Shown: one piece after another, positions 16,805-27,400 of the stretch | How the letters are laid out: every line of letters starts with the position of its first letter | How positions within the stretch are numbered: the first letter of the stretch is position 1 | NCBI GenBank assembly: GCA_003671255.1 | Contig: QWPF01000001.1 | Coordinates: forward strand, 27,479 to 91,478 | Source: Planctomycetota bacterium | GTDB lineage: Bacteria; Planctomycetota; Planctomycetia; Gemmatales; Gemmataceae | Direction of reading: 5' to 3' | DNA length: 64,000 bases | Made by a program: the position numbers and the translations under genes | The notes under the pieces: generated by a model | The model's database searches: none | The model's input: only the letters and a program-made list of their open reading frames with translations | What the model was told of the DNA's origin: nothing

Positions 16805-19111
16805 TTAGGATTTAACCATCGCAATTTCCATAGCTTTAACTTTTAAGCCTGCGAGATCTAGTTTTCCGCTGCCTAACACTGCGATTTCGTTGACGGGGTG
16901 AAAATCTTTTTCCGAAGGAACCCAAAGGTTTGGTAATCCGCGAGAGGATAATTTCTTTATCCATGTTTTAACATCGAGCCCAAAGCTTTCAAGAATACTA
17001 GGTATAAAGAGCACTAAGATTCTTTCGCCACGAGTGATATCCGGTACGCAAGTTACAGCGCACACCCTTTCCGATGATTGAAGAACTTCGTGAAGTTCAT
17101 CTTCAAGGCGTTCGAGAGGGACCATTTCACCGCCAATTTTTGCAAAACGACTTAATCTTCCTGTAAGGGTGACATAGGATTCAAAATTGATTTTGCCCAT
17201 ATCTCCTGTGATGTACCAACCATCTATAATTACGGAAGCTGTTTTTTCCAAGTCATCAAGATAACCTTTCATGACATTTGCACCTGTTGCCAATACCATT
17301 CCTTCGTGATTTGGGGGAAGAATTTCAAGAGTATCAGGGTCAACAATTTTAATTGAAACTCCTGGAATAATCTGGCCAATCGAGCCCGCCATTTGGCCTA
17401 AAATAGTTCCCTCAGGAATGGTTATATCCCCTTTATTAATACAAACTACGGGAGATAACTCAGTGCACCCGTAGCCTTCCAGAGGAAGAATACCGAATTT
17501 CGATTCAAAATCTTTGGCAAGTTGGATTGGAAGTTTCTCTGCGCCACAAATTAATATTCGAAGTGATTTAAAATCATCAGATTCAGATTTTTTAAGGCAG
17601 AAGCGCAGGAAAGTGGCTGTTGATAAGTATGCTGTACATTGATAACTTTTGCATGCAGCTCCAATATCACGGGCTTGCCTTGGGTCGGGTTGATAAACGA
17701 TTGAAGCCCCTACTTGAATGGGTGTCCACATGGAAACAGTGTACCCGAAACTGTGAAAAAAAGGCAGTGCTCCCAAAAGACAATCCGTGTAATCGACATC
17801 TGCACCTTTGATGGTGGACCAAACATTGGAAGTTATATTGTTGTAGGTGAGCATAACGCCTTTGGGGTTTCCGGTACTTCCGCTAGAAAAAATAATTGTC
17901 AAAGTGTCATCTTTGTTTGGTTGATGAGCTTTCAAAATGGTTTTAATAAACAAGGAGGGAGTCAAGATTTTACTTGCAAGAAAAGTCAGGATTTTTTCAG
18001 TTGAACTTATATTTTGCATTATATCTTCCAAGTAAAGCAACCTGATGTTTTTAATATCGGGCCAACTAACCTTACTTGTAAACCGCTTGGCTGTAATAAC
18101 AGTCTTTACTCCCGATTTTTTTATGCAATGCTCTAAAATCCCTATGGATGCTGTGTAATTTAAATTGACTGAAATCTTTCCTATCGTTCCTAGGGCAATG
18201 TTTGTAAGTGCGCTTCCGGTGCTGTTTGGAAGCCAAATTCCAACGATTGTTTCCTCTTTTAGTTCATGGCGAAGTTGTTTTCCAAGGCAACTGACTGCAA
18301 CTAAAGCCTTGCCATAAGTGAGGTTTAATTTTGGATTGGTGTTGTCGGGGAAGCATAACTTTTCAGGATCTCTTAAAGCCTGTAATGCAAAACCAATATG
18401 AACAAGAGGCAGGTCATTATGAGCGATTTTTGCAGCTTCCACGCTAAGACCTTGAATTACTGCTTTAATATCTTTAGCTTCCTCTAATGTGGTTAAAGGT
18501 TTGCCTATGAAAAGATGCCAATGGGTTTCGTTGTTGATGATGTTCCGATTGAACACTCCTTTTTTTCGGATGGTAAAATTGCTTCCTTTTGGTTGCTCTA
18601 GGTGGACGGGGACAATTAAAGCATTTGTTTTTTTAAGTATTGCCTTTAGGACGCGGAATGAATCAATTTCAAACCCGCTGCTAGTTTTAAACCATTCGGT
18701 TACAACACCTATGTTTTCATTGTTTTTAATTATGCTTCGTGCTTCTTTTAAGGCTTTTACAATACCTCGAAGTCCAAGGTTCGGCTGAATATAAATAATA
18801 AGATTGTGCAGGGGAGTGTTTTGGGCCGGGTGGCATGGTAGTGCAGACAAATCGAAAACTAGGATTTTTTTTACAGGTAAATTAAGAAGGGCGAATTGTT
18901 CATCAAATCGGATTTGGGAGGCCACAAAAATTACACCACTTTTAACCGGAATATTCTCTATTCCATGCATGGTTATTTTTGCAGACCCAGAACCCTTTTT
19001 TATCAAAAAAATAATTTGAAGTAGTAGTAGGCCCAAAATGCCAACAGCGGTTAACCATGAAGTAGAATCTACAATTATGGCAGCAGAAAAAAAACTTTGC
19101 ATCTGGTGCAA
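16805..19111 (-). CDS. Aas-like fusion: N-terminal membrane-anchored PlsC-type acyltransferase-like domain plus AMP-binding acyl-ACP/CoA synthetase
   Basis: AMP-binding core IIFSSGSTGNPKGVMLTYNNI, GYGCTE, YITGDMG...GRLSRFAKIGGE. The N-terminus has a TM helix and G-x-ENIP acyltransferase-like region, but the HX4D box reads VASQIRFDEQ. Confidence 0.75.
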   Translation of the reverse strand: MHQMQSFFSAAIIVDSTSWLTAVGILGLLLLQIIFLIKKGSGSAKITMHGIENIPVKSGVIFVASQIRFDEQFALLNLPVKKILVFDLSALPCHPAQNTPLHNLIIYIQPNLGLRGIVKALKEARSIIKNNENIGVVTEWFKTSSGFEIDSFRVLKAILKKTNALIVPVHLEQPKGSNFTIRKKGVFNRNIINNETHWHLFIGKPLTTLEEAKDIKAVIQGLSVEAAKIAHNDLPLVHIGFALQALRDPEKLCFPDNTNPKLNLTYGKALVAVSCLGKQLRHELKEETIVGIWLPNSTGSALTNIALGTIGKISVNLNYTASIGILEHCIKKSGVKTVITAKRFTSKVSWPDIKNIRLLYLEDIMQNISSTEKILTFLASKILTPSLFIKTILKAHQPNKDDTLTIIFSSGSTGNPKGVMLTYNNITSNVWSTIKGADVDYTDCLLGALPFFHSFGYTVSMWTPIQVGASIVYQPDPRQARDIGAACKSYQCTAYLSTATFLRFCLKKSESDDFKSLRILICGAEKLPIQLAKDFESKFGILPLEGYGCTELSPVVCINKGDITIPEGTILGQMAGSIGQIIPGVSIKIVDPDTLEILPPNHEGMVLATGANVMKGYLDDLEKTASVIIDGWYITGDMGKINFESYVTLTGRLSRFAKIGGEMVPLERLEDELHEVLQSSERVCAVTCVPDITRGERILVLFIPSILESFGLDVKTWIKKLSSRGLPNLWVPSEKDFHPVNEIAVLGSGKLDLAGLKVKAMEIAMVKS

Positions 19112-19375
19112 CTCCTATAGTATTTAAGCACAATCTGAATCCTTCAGAAAACCACCAGAGTTTCTTTGTTTTAACCAAGTTTTAGCATTACAACATTGGC
19201 ACAATAACATTGTTTGAAAGAACTTTGCCATATATGTTGTATTGTTCCATTAAAAATTGTTATCATAATATGTCTGCCGGGATTTGGAGATGATTCTTCA
19301 ATCTGACACTTATTAAAGCTTTTTGAAGGCTTTGACATGATTTATTCTCGTTTTTATGACTTTGGGGGATTAACT

Positions 19376-20803
19376 ATGAAAATTTTAAAATCGATTGCTG
19401 TTGCCTGCGCCTTTCTGATTTCTAGTGTCGCAAACGCACAAAATATTAGCTTTATCAAGGATGTGGCACCAATTTTAAAAGAAAATTGTTTTGCTTGCCA
19501 TGGTTCTAAAAACCCAAAAGGTAAGCTGGATATGACAAAATACGAAGCATTGAGGCATGGTGGTACGAAAGATGACCCAATTGTTGCTGGGAAACCCGAT
19601 GAAAGTTATTTTATCGATGTTTTAAAAGCCACGGATAAAACAAGAATGCCCCCTAAGGAAAGTGGCGACGCCCTTTCCCCTGAAAAAATTAAGATTCTTC
19701 AGCAATGGGTAGCGCAAGGTGCCAAAATTGACAAGGAAGTTGATGCAAAAGCTGATTTATTGAAAGAATTACGCATTCGTTGGAAAGCCCCCGTGCCTTC
19801 TGCAAAGTACTCTTTCCCAGTTGCTGCTACCGCTCTTGCGTTTTCTCCAGATGGTAAAAAAATCGTTGTTGGTGGTCATCATGAAATTACAGTTTGGGAT
19901 GTGGATACTGCTAAATTAGAAAAAAGGATTAATACCCGTGCGCGGCGTGCCATGGCTTTCCTTTTCCTTCCCGATGGTAAACTTGTTGTTGCAGGAGGCC
20001 GACCCGGTGAAGAAGGTGATGTAAGGGTCTATGATATCTCTGGTGCGGGAAAAATAACTGATGGCGTTTCGTTCTTGGATGGCGTTGATGATAAAAAAAT
20101 CATGCTCAAACAGCTTTTGGATACGGATGACGAGGTGCTTTGCCTAGCCCTTAGCAGCGATGGTAAAAAGCTTGCTGCAGGTGGTTGCGATCGTCTTCTA
20201 CATGTTTGGGATATTGGTTCTGGTATAGAAAATGCAAAGCTAGAGCAGTCCATCGAAAACCATGCAGATTGGGTTTTTTCAGCGTCTTTTTCACCAGATG
20301 GAAAGTTTCTGGCCAGTTCTAGCCGAGATAAAACTGCCAAGGTTTGGAACCTTGCGTCCAAGGAATCTTTAGCAACTTTCCCCGACCATCAAAATTCTGT
20401 TTATGGGGTATTTTTTAAGGCGGATGGAAAGAATTGCTATTCTGCAGGTGATGATAAACAACTCAGACTTTTTGGTCTTGAGGGGGAAAGAGCTGGTAAA
20501 CAAGTGCGTGTCATTGGCGCTCATACAGGGCAGATTCTTAAAATTGCGGGCAATGATAAAGCTAATCTAATCGCTACGGGAGGTTCAGATAATACCATTA
20601 AAACTTGGAATGCAGAATCTGGTGCTGCTGTAAAAACATTCGCCGGTCTAACTGATCAAGTTCTTTCATTGACATTTAATAAAGATGGTTCGTTAGTTGC
20701 TGGCGGTGCCTGGAATGGTGAAGTAATAATATGGAAAACCGCAGATGCAGTTGTAGTCAAAAAAATTGCAATTTCTCCTGGATTACAGACTGCAGGTAAG
20801 TAG
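19376..20803 (+). CDS. Secreted planctomycete-type cytochrome c domain (PSCyt1) fused to WD40 repeats
   Basis: Signal peptide MKILKSIAVACAFLISSVANAQ. CFACHGSKNPKGKLDM heme motif. Repeated WD-like strands (VWDV, VWDI, VWNL, TWNA, IWKT). Confidence 0.75.
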   Translation: MKILKSIAVACAFLISSVANAQNISFIKDVAPILKENCFACHGSKNPKGKLDMTKYEALRHGGTKDDPIVAGKPDESYFIDVLKATDKTRMPPKESGDALSPEKIKILQQWVAQGAKIDKEVDAKADLLKELRIRWKAPVPSAKYSFPVAATALAFSPDGKKIVVGGHHEITVWDVDTAKLEKRINTRARRAMAFLFLPDGKLVVAGGRPGEEGDVRVYDISGAGKITDGVSFLDGVDDKKIMLKQLLDTDDEVLCLALSSDGKKLAAGGCDRLLHVWDIGSGIENAKLEQSIENHADWVFSASFSPDGKFLASSSRDKTAKVWNLASKESLATFPDHQNSVYGVFFKADGKNCYSAGDDKQLRLFGLEGERAGKQVRVIGAHTGQILKIAGNDKANLIATGGSDNTIKTWNAESGAAVKTFAGLTDQVLSLTFNKDGSLVAGGAWNGEVIIWKTADAVVVKKIAISPGLQTAGK

Positions 20804-20840
20804 GAAATTGGTATTCTTTGTATTTTGAGAATCTAATATT

Positions 20841-21695
20841 TTGGAAGATGTTAATCGCTATCTAAGCTTGGCAACGCTTGATGAGTTCAAGAGTTCTAAG
20901 GGCAAAATCAATTATTTTTCTTGGGGTCAAGGCCCGACCATTGTATTTATACATGGTTTAGCTGACTCTAAGGATGCATTTGTTTCCATCTCCAATATTC
21001 TTTCCAGCAAGTTTCGTTGTATCGGTTTAGATATTCCCAAAGTAGTGTTGGGAAGTAGTACTAAAGATCAAACTTTGTTAGATGCTTACACCGAATTTAT
21101 AAAAGACTTCATCGAGAAAAAAGTAAAGTCGCCCGTAGTTCTTTTTGGTTCCTCTTTTGGTTCTACTTTGTCAATAAACCTTGCATTAAAAACTCCTAAG
21201 TCTGTTTCAGGTTTAATATTGCAAGGAGGTTTTGTTTATCGCCCTCTTAGTGTGGTTGAGAGGTGCTCTGCTTTTCTTGCCAGCCTTTTCCCTTTCAATG
21301 GTGCAACTTTCCCTTACCTTGAATTCGTTATGAAATCACAACATTACCACGCTTTTCATGGTAAACCCTCCTATCGTTGGAATAGATTAGTTGAAAGCGT
21401 AGGTAAAGCCTATTTCAGCACCACAGGCAGGCTTGCAGCGGCTATTAACGATATCGACTTAAGGCACAAAGCTTCTGATTTTCGTAAACCTGTACTTTTA
21501 ATTGACGGTGAGGTTGATCCCCTGATCGGTCCTAATATTCGAAAAACCCTATATGAGGCTTTTCCTGATGGTGAAAAAGTGGTGATTGAAGGGGGTGGGC
21601 ATTTATTGCCTTACAGTCATCCCGAAGAAATTGCTGCCCATACGGAGCAATTTTTAAATAAAGTATTTCCTAATAATCGGATAGTATCAGAGTAG
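20841..21695 (+). CDS. Alpha/beta hydrolase fold protein
   Basis: IVFIHGLADSKDAF, nucleophile elbow GSSFGS, C-terminal GGGHLLPYSHPEE. TTG start, so the start position is uncertain. Confidence 0.7.
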   Translation: MEDVNRYLSLATLDEFKSSKGKINYFSWGQGPTIVFIHGLADSKDAFVSISNILSSKFRCIGLDIPKVVLGSSTKDQTLLDAYTEFIKDFIEKKVKSPVVLFGSSFGSTLSINLALKTPKSVSGLILQGGFVYRPLSVVERCSAFLASLFPFNGATFPYLEFVMKSQHYHAFHGKPSYRWNRLVESVGKAYFSTTGRLAAAINDIDLRHKASDFRKPVLLIDGEVDPLIGPNIRKTLYEAFPDGEKVVIEGGGHLLPYSHPEEIAAHTEQFLNKVFPNNRIVSE

Positions 21696-21736
21696 TAACG
21701 CCATTTGATTAATCAGTCTTTATTCAGGAATTTCAC

Positions 21737-22978
21737 ATGGGACAGAAGATTCATGTTATTGGGATAGGCAGCGATGGATTATTTGGCCTGACGACCCTTG
21801 AAAGGGATATTCTGGCGCAGTGCGAGATTATATTTGGTTCTGAAAATGTACTTCGCTTAGTAGAAAGCCTTAAAGGCGAAAAGCGAAAAACCGGACCTGA
21901 TCTTCAAGAGTTGTGCGAGTCGCTACAGAAACTTGATGTTGGTAAAATGGTTTCGCTTTTAGTAAGTGGTGACCCGTTGTTTTATGGAGTAGTGCGATAT
22001 TTATCAGAAAAGATCGGGAAAGATCGCTTTGAAGTTCATCCGCATGTCAGCAGCATGCAAATGGCTTTTGCTCGAGTTAAGGAGAGTTGGGATGATGCCT
22101 ATCTTACAAGCTTGCAAAACCAATCTTTGGATAAGGTGATCGAGAAAATCAGAGTGTCTGAAACTGTTGGTATATTTACCAACATCGTCGAAAACCCTAG
22201 GGAGATTGCAAAGAGATTGCTTGCAAGGGGGATTGATTACTTCAAGGTTTTTGTTTGTGAGAATCTCGGTGGCAAGGACGAGAGGGTTACCCAGGCGGAA
22301 CTTTCAGAAATCGTTGAAATGGATTTTGATCCACTCAATGTTCTTATTCTTAAACGAAAACCGGGTCGTCCTGATATTCCTGCGACATCATGTACTCCCA
22401 GACTTTTTGGGAATCCAGATGATATTTTTGCCCAGAGTAGGCCTAAAACGGGTTTGCTTACCCAATCTGAAATCCGTGCCATTGCTCTTTCAAGGCTTTC
22501 CGTAAAGCCGACTAGCGTTGTCTACGATATTGGTGCCGGGTCTGGTTCTGTTTCGATAGAGGCCGCACAACTTTGCTATTCGGGTATGGTCTATGCGATT
22601 GAACAGGATGCCGCGGATTACCATTTGATTCTTGCCAATGCAGAAAAAATGGGCATTAGAAACATTAAGGCAATCCATGGCATTGCTCCTGAAGTTTTTC
22701 AGGGACTGCCACGGCCTGACGCCATCTTTGTAGGAGGAATAGGCAAGGAAGTTACCGGGTTGCTGGATGCAGCTTTTGAAACGCTAGTTCCCCAAGGTAG
22801 AATGGTTGTAAATGTTGGTTCAGTAGAAAACTTGTATGTTTGTGTAAATACAATGCGGAAAATTGATCCTGAATTTGAAGTGCTGATGGTTCAGATTTCC
22901 CGGGGTTTAAATCAATACGGGTCACTTAGATTTGAGGCGATAAATCCTTCTTATTTACTTACAGCAGTTAAACATTGA
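21737..22978 (+). CDS. cobL: Precorrin-6Y C5,15-methyltransferase (decarboxylating), fused CbiE/CbiT type
   Basis: N-terminal tetrapyrrole methylase (IHVIGIGSDG, LVSGDPLFYG). C-terminal SAM methyltransferase (VVYDIGAGSGSVSIEAA). Confidence 0.85.
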   Translation: MGQKIHVIGIGSDGLFGLTTLERDILAQCEIIFGSENVLRLVESLKGEKRKTGPDLQELCESLQKLDVGKMVSLLVSGDPLFYGVVRYLSEKIGKDRFEVHPHVSSMQMAFARVKESWDDAYLTSLQNQSLDKVIEKIRVSETVGIFTNIVENPREIAKRLLARGIDYFKVFVCENLGGKDERVTQAELSEIVEMDFDPLNVLILKRKPGRPDIPATSCTPRLFGNPDDIFAQSRPKTGLLTQSEIRAIALSRLSVKPTSVVYDIGAGSGSVSIEAAQLCYSGMVYAIEQDAADYHLILANAEKMGIRNIKAIHGIAPEVFQGLPRPDAIFVGGIGKEVTGLLDAAFETLVPQGRMVVNVGSVENLYVCVNTMRKIDPEFEVLMVQISRGLNQYGSLRFEAINPSYLLTAVKH

Positions 22979-22983
22979 TGTGA

Positions 22984-23388
22984 TTAGTTTTGTTTACCAA
23001 CCCATTGAACATGAACTTGTCTGGTTCTGGGGCCATCAAATTCACATAAAAAAATGCCCTGCCATTGACCAAGGATAATTTTTCCTTCTTCCACGATTAC
23101 ATGAGACGAGTTTCCAAACAACCCGGTTTTAATATGGCTGTCGCTGTTACCCTCCCCGTGTAGGAACTTAGCGAGATTTTTTGGGATCGATTTCTCAAGC
23201 CAATGTAGTGTGTCATGAATAACATCGGGGTCCCAGCACTCGTTGATTGTCAAACCTGCTGTGGTGTGTGGGCAAAAAATCACACCAATTCCCGACCTGA
23301 TTGCGCTTTTCTTGAGGCTTGATTCCACTAGGCGAGTTATATTTACAAATTCACAGCGGTTCTGGGTGAAAATTTCAATAGTATCCAT
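22984..23388 (-). CDS. yjbQ: YjbQ/UPF0047 family (secondary thiamine-phosphate synthase-type) protein
   Basis: CPHTTAGLTINECWDPDV..., HGEGNSDSHIK..., LGQWQGIFLCEFDGPRTR. I chose the internal ATG (complement of 23386-23388) because family members are ~135-140 aa and the long form would overlap the divergent gene at 23471. Confidence 0.8.
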   Translation of the reverse strand: MDTIEIFTQNRCEFVNITRLVESSLKKSAIRSGIGVIFCPHTTAGLTINECWDPDVIHDTLHWLEKSIPKNLAKFLHGEGNSDSHIKTGLFGNSSHVIVEEGKIILGQWQGIFLCEFDGPRTRQVHVQWVGKQN

Positions 23389-23470
23389 ACTTCTTGGCCT
23401 CGCATTTTTAATGCCAAAACTGATAATATCTCTTATCTTATAGAATTCTTTATTTGACTTGAGGTCTTGC

Positions 23471-24238
23471 ATGATTGCAAAAATTAAAGCGCTTTGCTTT
23501 TTCGTTTTAGCTATAGCGTGCGTTTCATATGCACCTAATCTGGATGCCCAAAACTCTTCCTTACCCCAACCCATTATTGTTCTCCTTAATAAAGCCATTG
23601 AGGCGCATGGCGGGTATACTAAGCTTTCAACCCATAGGGCCGACCGTGTGAAAATGAAAGGCTCGATTCAGTTTGCTGGAGTAGATGCTACATTTAAAGG
23701 TGAAACAACCGTTCAACTACCTGACCAGATGAAAACTGTTCAGGAAATTACGGTTAAGGGTAAATCTTTTAATGTGATCCAAGTGTTTGATAAAGATAAA
23801 GTCTTGGTTAATTTAAATGGGCAACCTCAAAAAGCTGAAGAGCCTATAGCGGTACAAATTAAAGAAACAATGCGCCTTGCGAAAATCATCAGGCTAGTAC
23901 CCCTGTTGACAGGTAAAGAATTTGAAATAACTGACCTTGGATTTATTAAAGCTGGAGAATTGGCCCTGCATGGCATCAAAGTAAAAGAAGTTTCCAAGCC
24001 TGATATCCTTTTGTTTTTTGATAGGCAAACAGGCCTTCTCGTGAAAACCGAACAAATTAGGGAATTTGAAAAAAACAAAGTGGTTCAGGAAGATTATTTC
24101 TCTGACTTCAGGGATCTAGGTGGTTTTAAAAGACCTGTTAAAATTCAGTCATTTAGAAATGGGAAAAAAATTCTTGATGCAGAACTAGTCGAAGTAAGAT
24201 ATTTTGAAAAACTGCCTTCAGAAGACTTTAAACCATAA
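23471..24238 (+). CDS. Secreted hypothetical protein
   Basis: ATG after GAGG. Signal peptide MIAKIKALCFFVLAIACVSYAPNLDAQ. No recognisable motif. Confidence 0.5.
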   Translation: MIAKIKALCFFVLAIACVSYAPNLDAQNSSLPQPIIVLLNKAIEAHGGYTKLSTHRADRVKMKGSIQFAGVDATFKGETTVQLPDQMKTVQEITVKGKSFNVIQVFDKDKVLVNLNGQPQKAEEPIAVQIKETMRLAKIIRLVPLLTGKEFEITDLGFIKAGELALHGIKVKEVSKPDILLFFDRQTGLLVKTEQIREFEKNKVVQEDYFSDFRDLGGFKRPVKIQSFRNGKKILDAELVEVRYFEKLPSEDFKP

Positions 24239-24265
24239 CGCATTAACCAAACAGCAGAAGGTATT

Positions 24266-25258
24266 ATGAAGCCTGGTAATTACTATGTTAGAAAACAAGA
24301 TGCTGGTATCCAACTATTGGCATGGCTGAAAGTTTCGCTGAAGCTTGATGGGGGATCCTGCAACCAGTTAATAGCAGCAGGTTGCATCTTTATCGATAAG
24401 AAGCAGGTGAGGGACCCGAAATTGCAGCTTAAGGGCGGGGCTCGGGTATTCTTGAAACCCTCCCCTAAACCTTTGAAAACCAATAAGAAAAAAGCAGAAG
24501 CCCGTGTAGTTATTGCTATGCCGGAAATTATTTACTTTGATGATGATATCGCCATTGTTGAAAAACCCAGTGGCCTTACCACGGTACATCACGCCCAAGA
24601 TAAAAAAGAATTTTCAGAGAGAGACCGCAAGTTTTTGCCTTCTACTTTGCAGGATATCCTGCCCGATATTCTTTCTGTTCATACAAAAAAAAAGGTGCCT
24701 TTTGTTCGCGCCGTTCATCGCTTAGATAAAGAAACGAGTGGAGTTTTGGTCTTTTCTTTGAATAAAAAAGCTGAAAGTTCCCTTGGTAAGCAAATGAGAG
24801 AAAAAAAATTCACCAGACGCTATATTGCTTTGGTTCGTGGTCAGATCGAAAACCAAGAAATCCGCTCAATTCTTGTTCGCGATCGGGGTGACGGTCGCAG
24901 GGGCAGTTCACTAAAAGATCCGGATGGCGAGTTGGCAGTTACCCATGTCAAAAAAATAGAATCTCTTGGAGATATTTCTGTTGTTGAATGTGAGTTAGAA
25001 ACAGGAAGAACCCATCAAGTACGCATACATTTGGGGGAATCAAATGCCCCGTTATGTGGCGAAAAGATTTATGATAGGCCAATAAACGGCCGCCCTAAGC
25101 CAGATCCAAGCGGGATCGATCGAATTGCGCTACATGCATGTTATTTAAGTTTAGAACATCCTACGAGTGGAAAAGTTATGAGTTGGAAAAGTTCAATTCC
25201 GCATGATATGCAAGGAGTGATTGAAAGGTTTAGGGAAAAAAATAAAGCCCCGGAATAA
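24266..25258 (+). CDS. RluA-family (RluD-like) pseudouridine synthase with N-terminal S4-like domain
   Basis: Catalytic motif HRLDKETSGVLVF. GRTHQVRIHL. ALHA near the C-terminus. Confidence 0.85.
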   Translation: MKPGNYYVRKQDAGIQLLAWLKVSLKLDGGSCNQLIAAGCIFIDKKQVRDPKLQLKGGARVFLKPSPKPLKTNKKKAEARVVIAMPEIIYFDDDIAIVEKPSGLTTVHHAQDKKEFSERDRKFLPSTLQDILPDILSVHTKKKVPFVRAVHRLDKETSGVLVFSLNKKAESSLGKQMREKKFTRRYIALVRGQIENQEIRSILVRDRGDGRRGSSLKDPDGELAVTHVKKIESLGDISVVECELETGRTHQVRIHLGESNAPLCGEKIYDRPINGRPKPDPSGIDRIALHACYLSLEHPTSGKVMSWKSSIPHDMQGVIERFREKNKAPE

Positions 25259-25276
25259 ATCCAGGGCTTTATTTTT
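25244..25276. terminator. Probable bidirectional terminator overlapping the stop codon
   Basis: AAAGCCC / GGGCTTT stem with inner GGA/TCC pairing. T-runs on both strands. Lies between convergent genes. Confidence 0.45.
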
Positions 25277-25288
25277 AGAATTACAACT

Positions 25289-26293
25289 CTATGGTTTTGG
25301 AGTTGGAACTGGGACTGGAGTTGGAACTGTACTCGACTTTATTGAAATTGGATTCACATCCATGGTTTCAACAAAGGTATCCTGAGTTTGTTCAAGATCA
25401 ATCTTGGTTTTCTGCCCACCGATATCAACGGTAAGATCACCAGTAATCTTAAGGCTCATACTCGAGCGATCAATTCTACCCTTCGCTGCATCAAAAAAAA
25501 TAAGGCCGTTTGATGAAGATGTTTTGATATTTGCGGCATCTATTTTGAAGGGCAATCCGCCAGCATTGCTAGAAACTGGCTTTGTATAAACCAATTCTGC
25601 CTTAACTGAAATCTTGTCCATTTTCTTTTCGTCTTGTCCTTCATAGGTGTAGGTATACGCGTTGTCGTACTTCCCAATTGGTCCCATATCAAGGGAGGTT
25701 GTACGCTTCCAAGTACCTTTTTCCTTGTCACCTTTGGTAACTTCGATATTAGGAATTGCGCCAAAAGTAGGTTCAGCCATCTCTACCATGGTTTTTTCGC
25801 TAAGTATCTTATCAAGCAAAGGTTGCATCTGTGGGTTTGAATTAATCAATTTTTTGACGAATTCTTCGCGGCCTCCGATTTTTGTAACTTTCATATCCTT
25901 GGTGTTGATGGTTACTAAAAATTCAGTTCCAACCAAGGCTTTGAAGAAATCAGACAATGGTGTTGTTGATGCAGATTCCTTAGTGGAATCATGCTGAACT
26001 TTGGTTCCACCAATATCAATGTTTAAAATGACGCCTTCAATTTTTTGCTTAAGTTCCCAATTGTCGCCGTCTTGCTTGACAGGAGTCCAACTGAAATAAA
26101 AGGTTTGGTTTTGTTCCTGATTGATGTCGGTACCACTTACCTTCATTTTTTGAACGGTTTTAGTAACCACCTTTTGATAAAAGGTTTTTTCCTTTTCAAA
26201 TTTCCATTTAATTGTTGATTTTTCTTGGGCCCCTAACGAAGGGATAACCAAAGCAACAAAAACAAATCCAACTACCCATCTCATACTCGACAT
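25289..26293 (-). CDS. Secreted hypothetical beta-rich protein with Pro/Thr/Val tail
   Basis: Signal peptide MSSMRWVVGFVFVALVIPSLGAQE. C-terminus STVPTPVPVPTPKP. No catalytic motif seen. Confidence 0.55.
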   Translation of the reverse strand: MSSMRWVVGFVFVALVIPSLGAQEKSTIKWKFEKEKTFYQKVVTKTVQKMKVSGTDINQEQNQTFYFSWTPVKQDGDNWELKQKIEGVILNIDIGGTKVQHDSTKESASTTPLSDFFKALVGTEFLVTINTKDMKVTKIGGREEFVKKLINSNPQMQPLLDKILSEKTMVEMAEPTFGAIPNIEVTKGDKEKGTWKRTTSLDMGPIGKYDNAYTYTYEGQDEKKMDKISVKAELVYTKPVSSNAGGLPFKIDAANIKTSSSNGLIFFDAAKGRIDRSSMSLKITGDLTVDIGGQKTKIDLEQTQDTFVETMDVNPISIKSSTVPTPVPVPTPKP

Positions 26294-26449
26294 CGAGAAT
26301 CCTCCAAAAAGTAAGAAACTAATCCACTTAAATGATGTTCGTGGAAGTATATATACAGTATTCTCATCTACAGCAAAATATCATACAAGAAATTCTATGG
26401 TTTTTGAATATTTCTGGTAAATATTTGGAATAACTTAAGGAAAGTAAGA

Positions 26450-27400
26450 ATGAATCTGTTAACCACGCTGTCAAATTCATTAATGCAGGGTTTTTTTCCA
26501 AATGGATGGGATTTAGGCAAAATAGATGGTCTTGCAGAGGTTTCTGGGTCTGATTTAGTGTCTAAAAAGAGCTGGTGGAACCCTGAATTCAAGCCAATCC
26601 CCTGTCAAAATCTAGGCGATTTTGATGTGTATATGGGGCATGAAATAGCTCTTGAAATTTCGAACTCACGAAAAAATGGGCGTGAACTTGCCATGATTTT
26701 GCCTGTTGGCCCTATGGGTATGTACCGTTGGGCTGTTTATTTTTTAAACCAATGGGATGTGAACTGCTCGCATGTGCATGGATTTAACATGGATGAATGG
26801 TCCGATGCTGAAGGAAATACTCTGCCTTCTGATAATTCCGGGGCATTTCAATTTGCAATGGAAAAAGCGTTTTATGGCCCGTTAGGTAAACTTACGGTGC
26901 CCAAAAATCAGCGAAACTTTGCTTTAAAAAATAATCTCCCATCCTATGCCGAGAAAATAAAAGCTCTTAAAACCAAAGGTGCCAAACTTATTACAGTCTT
27001 TGGTATTGGCCGTGTTTGTCATATTGCGTTTTGGGAACCACATTTCGCTGCTGAATTTGATTCCGTTGAACAGTGGAAACTGCAAACCCACCGTTTAGGT
27101 GCCAAGCTTCACCCATTAACCATTGAACAAAATGCTCTGACAAGTTTTAAAAGTAGAACGACATTAGTGCCTGCGTTTGCCAATACGATTGGGCCAGGTT
27201 TATTCTTGCAGTCAGATAGTATTATTGGGGGTTGTGATGGCACTTTTGGCAGGGGAATGCAATGGCAGGGCCTTTCATTGAGAATGAGTTTGCTGCATGA
27301 ACCAACGCCATGGATACCAAGTTCGTTTATGCCCACTTTGCCCGGGAAGTTGTTTTTCTTGAACGAATTAGCAGAACCCTTGGTTGCTGATTGCAATTAA
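26450..27400 (+). CDS. Glucosamine-6-phosphate deaminase/isomerase (NagB)-like protein
   Basis: [17 protein letters not shown]...[13 protein letters not shown] matches the NagB-family LGLPTG...FNMDEY pattern. AAGGAAAG precedes the ATG. Confidence 0.6.
   Translation: MNLLTTLSNSLMQGFFPNGWDLGKIDGLAEVSGSDLVSKKSWWNPEFKPIPCQNLGDFDVYMGHEIALEISNSRKNGRELAMILPVGPMGMYRWAVYFLNQWDVNCSHVHGFNMDEWSDAEGNTLPSDNSGAFQFAMEKAFYGPLGKLTVPKNQRNFALKNNLPSYAEKIKALKTKGAKLITVFGIGRVCHIAFWEPHFAAEFDSVEQWKLQTHRLGAKLHPLTIEQNALTSFKSRTTLVPAFANTIGPGLFLQSDSIIGGCDGTFGRGMQWQGLSLRMSLLHEPTPWIPSSFMPTLPGKLFFLNELAEPLVADCN

Noticed and set aside
21696-21736. Cobalamin riboswitch upstream of cobL
   Set aside because: The spacer is only 41 nt, too short for the element. 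Nothing B12-box-like was seen upstream of the preceding hydrolase gene either.
23389-23598. 70-codon N-terminal extension of the yjbQ ORF in the track (204 aa)
   Set aside because: YjbQ-family proteins are about 135-140 aa. The extension has no family similarity and would overlap the divergent gene starting at 23471.
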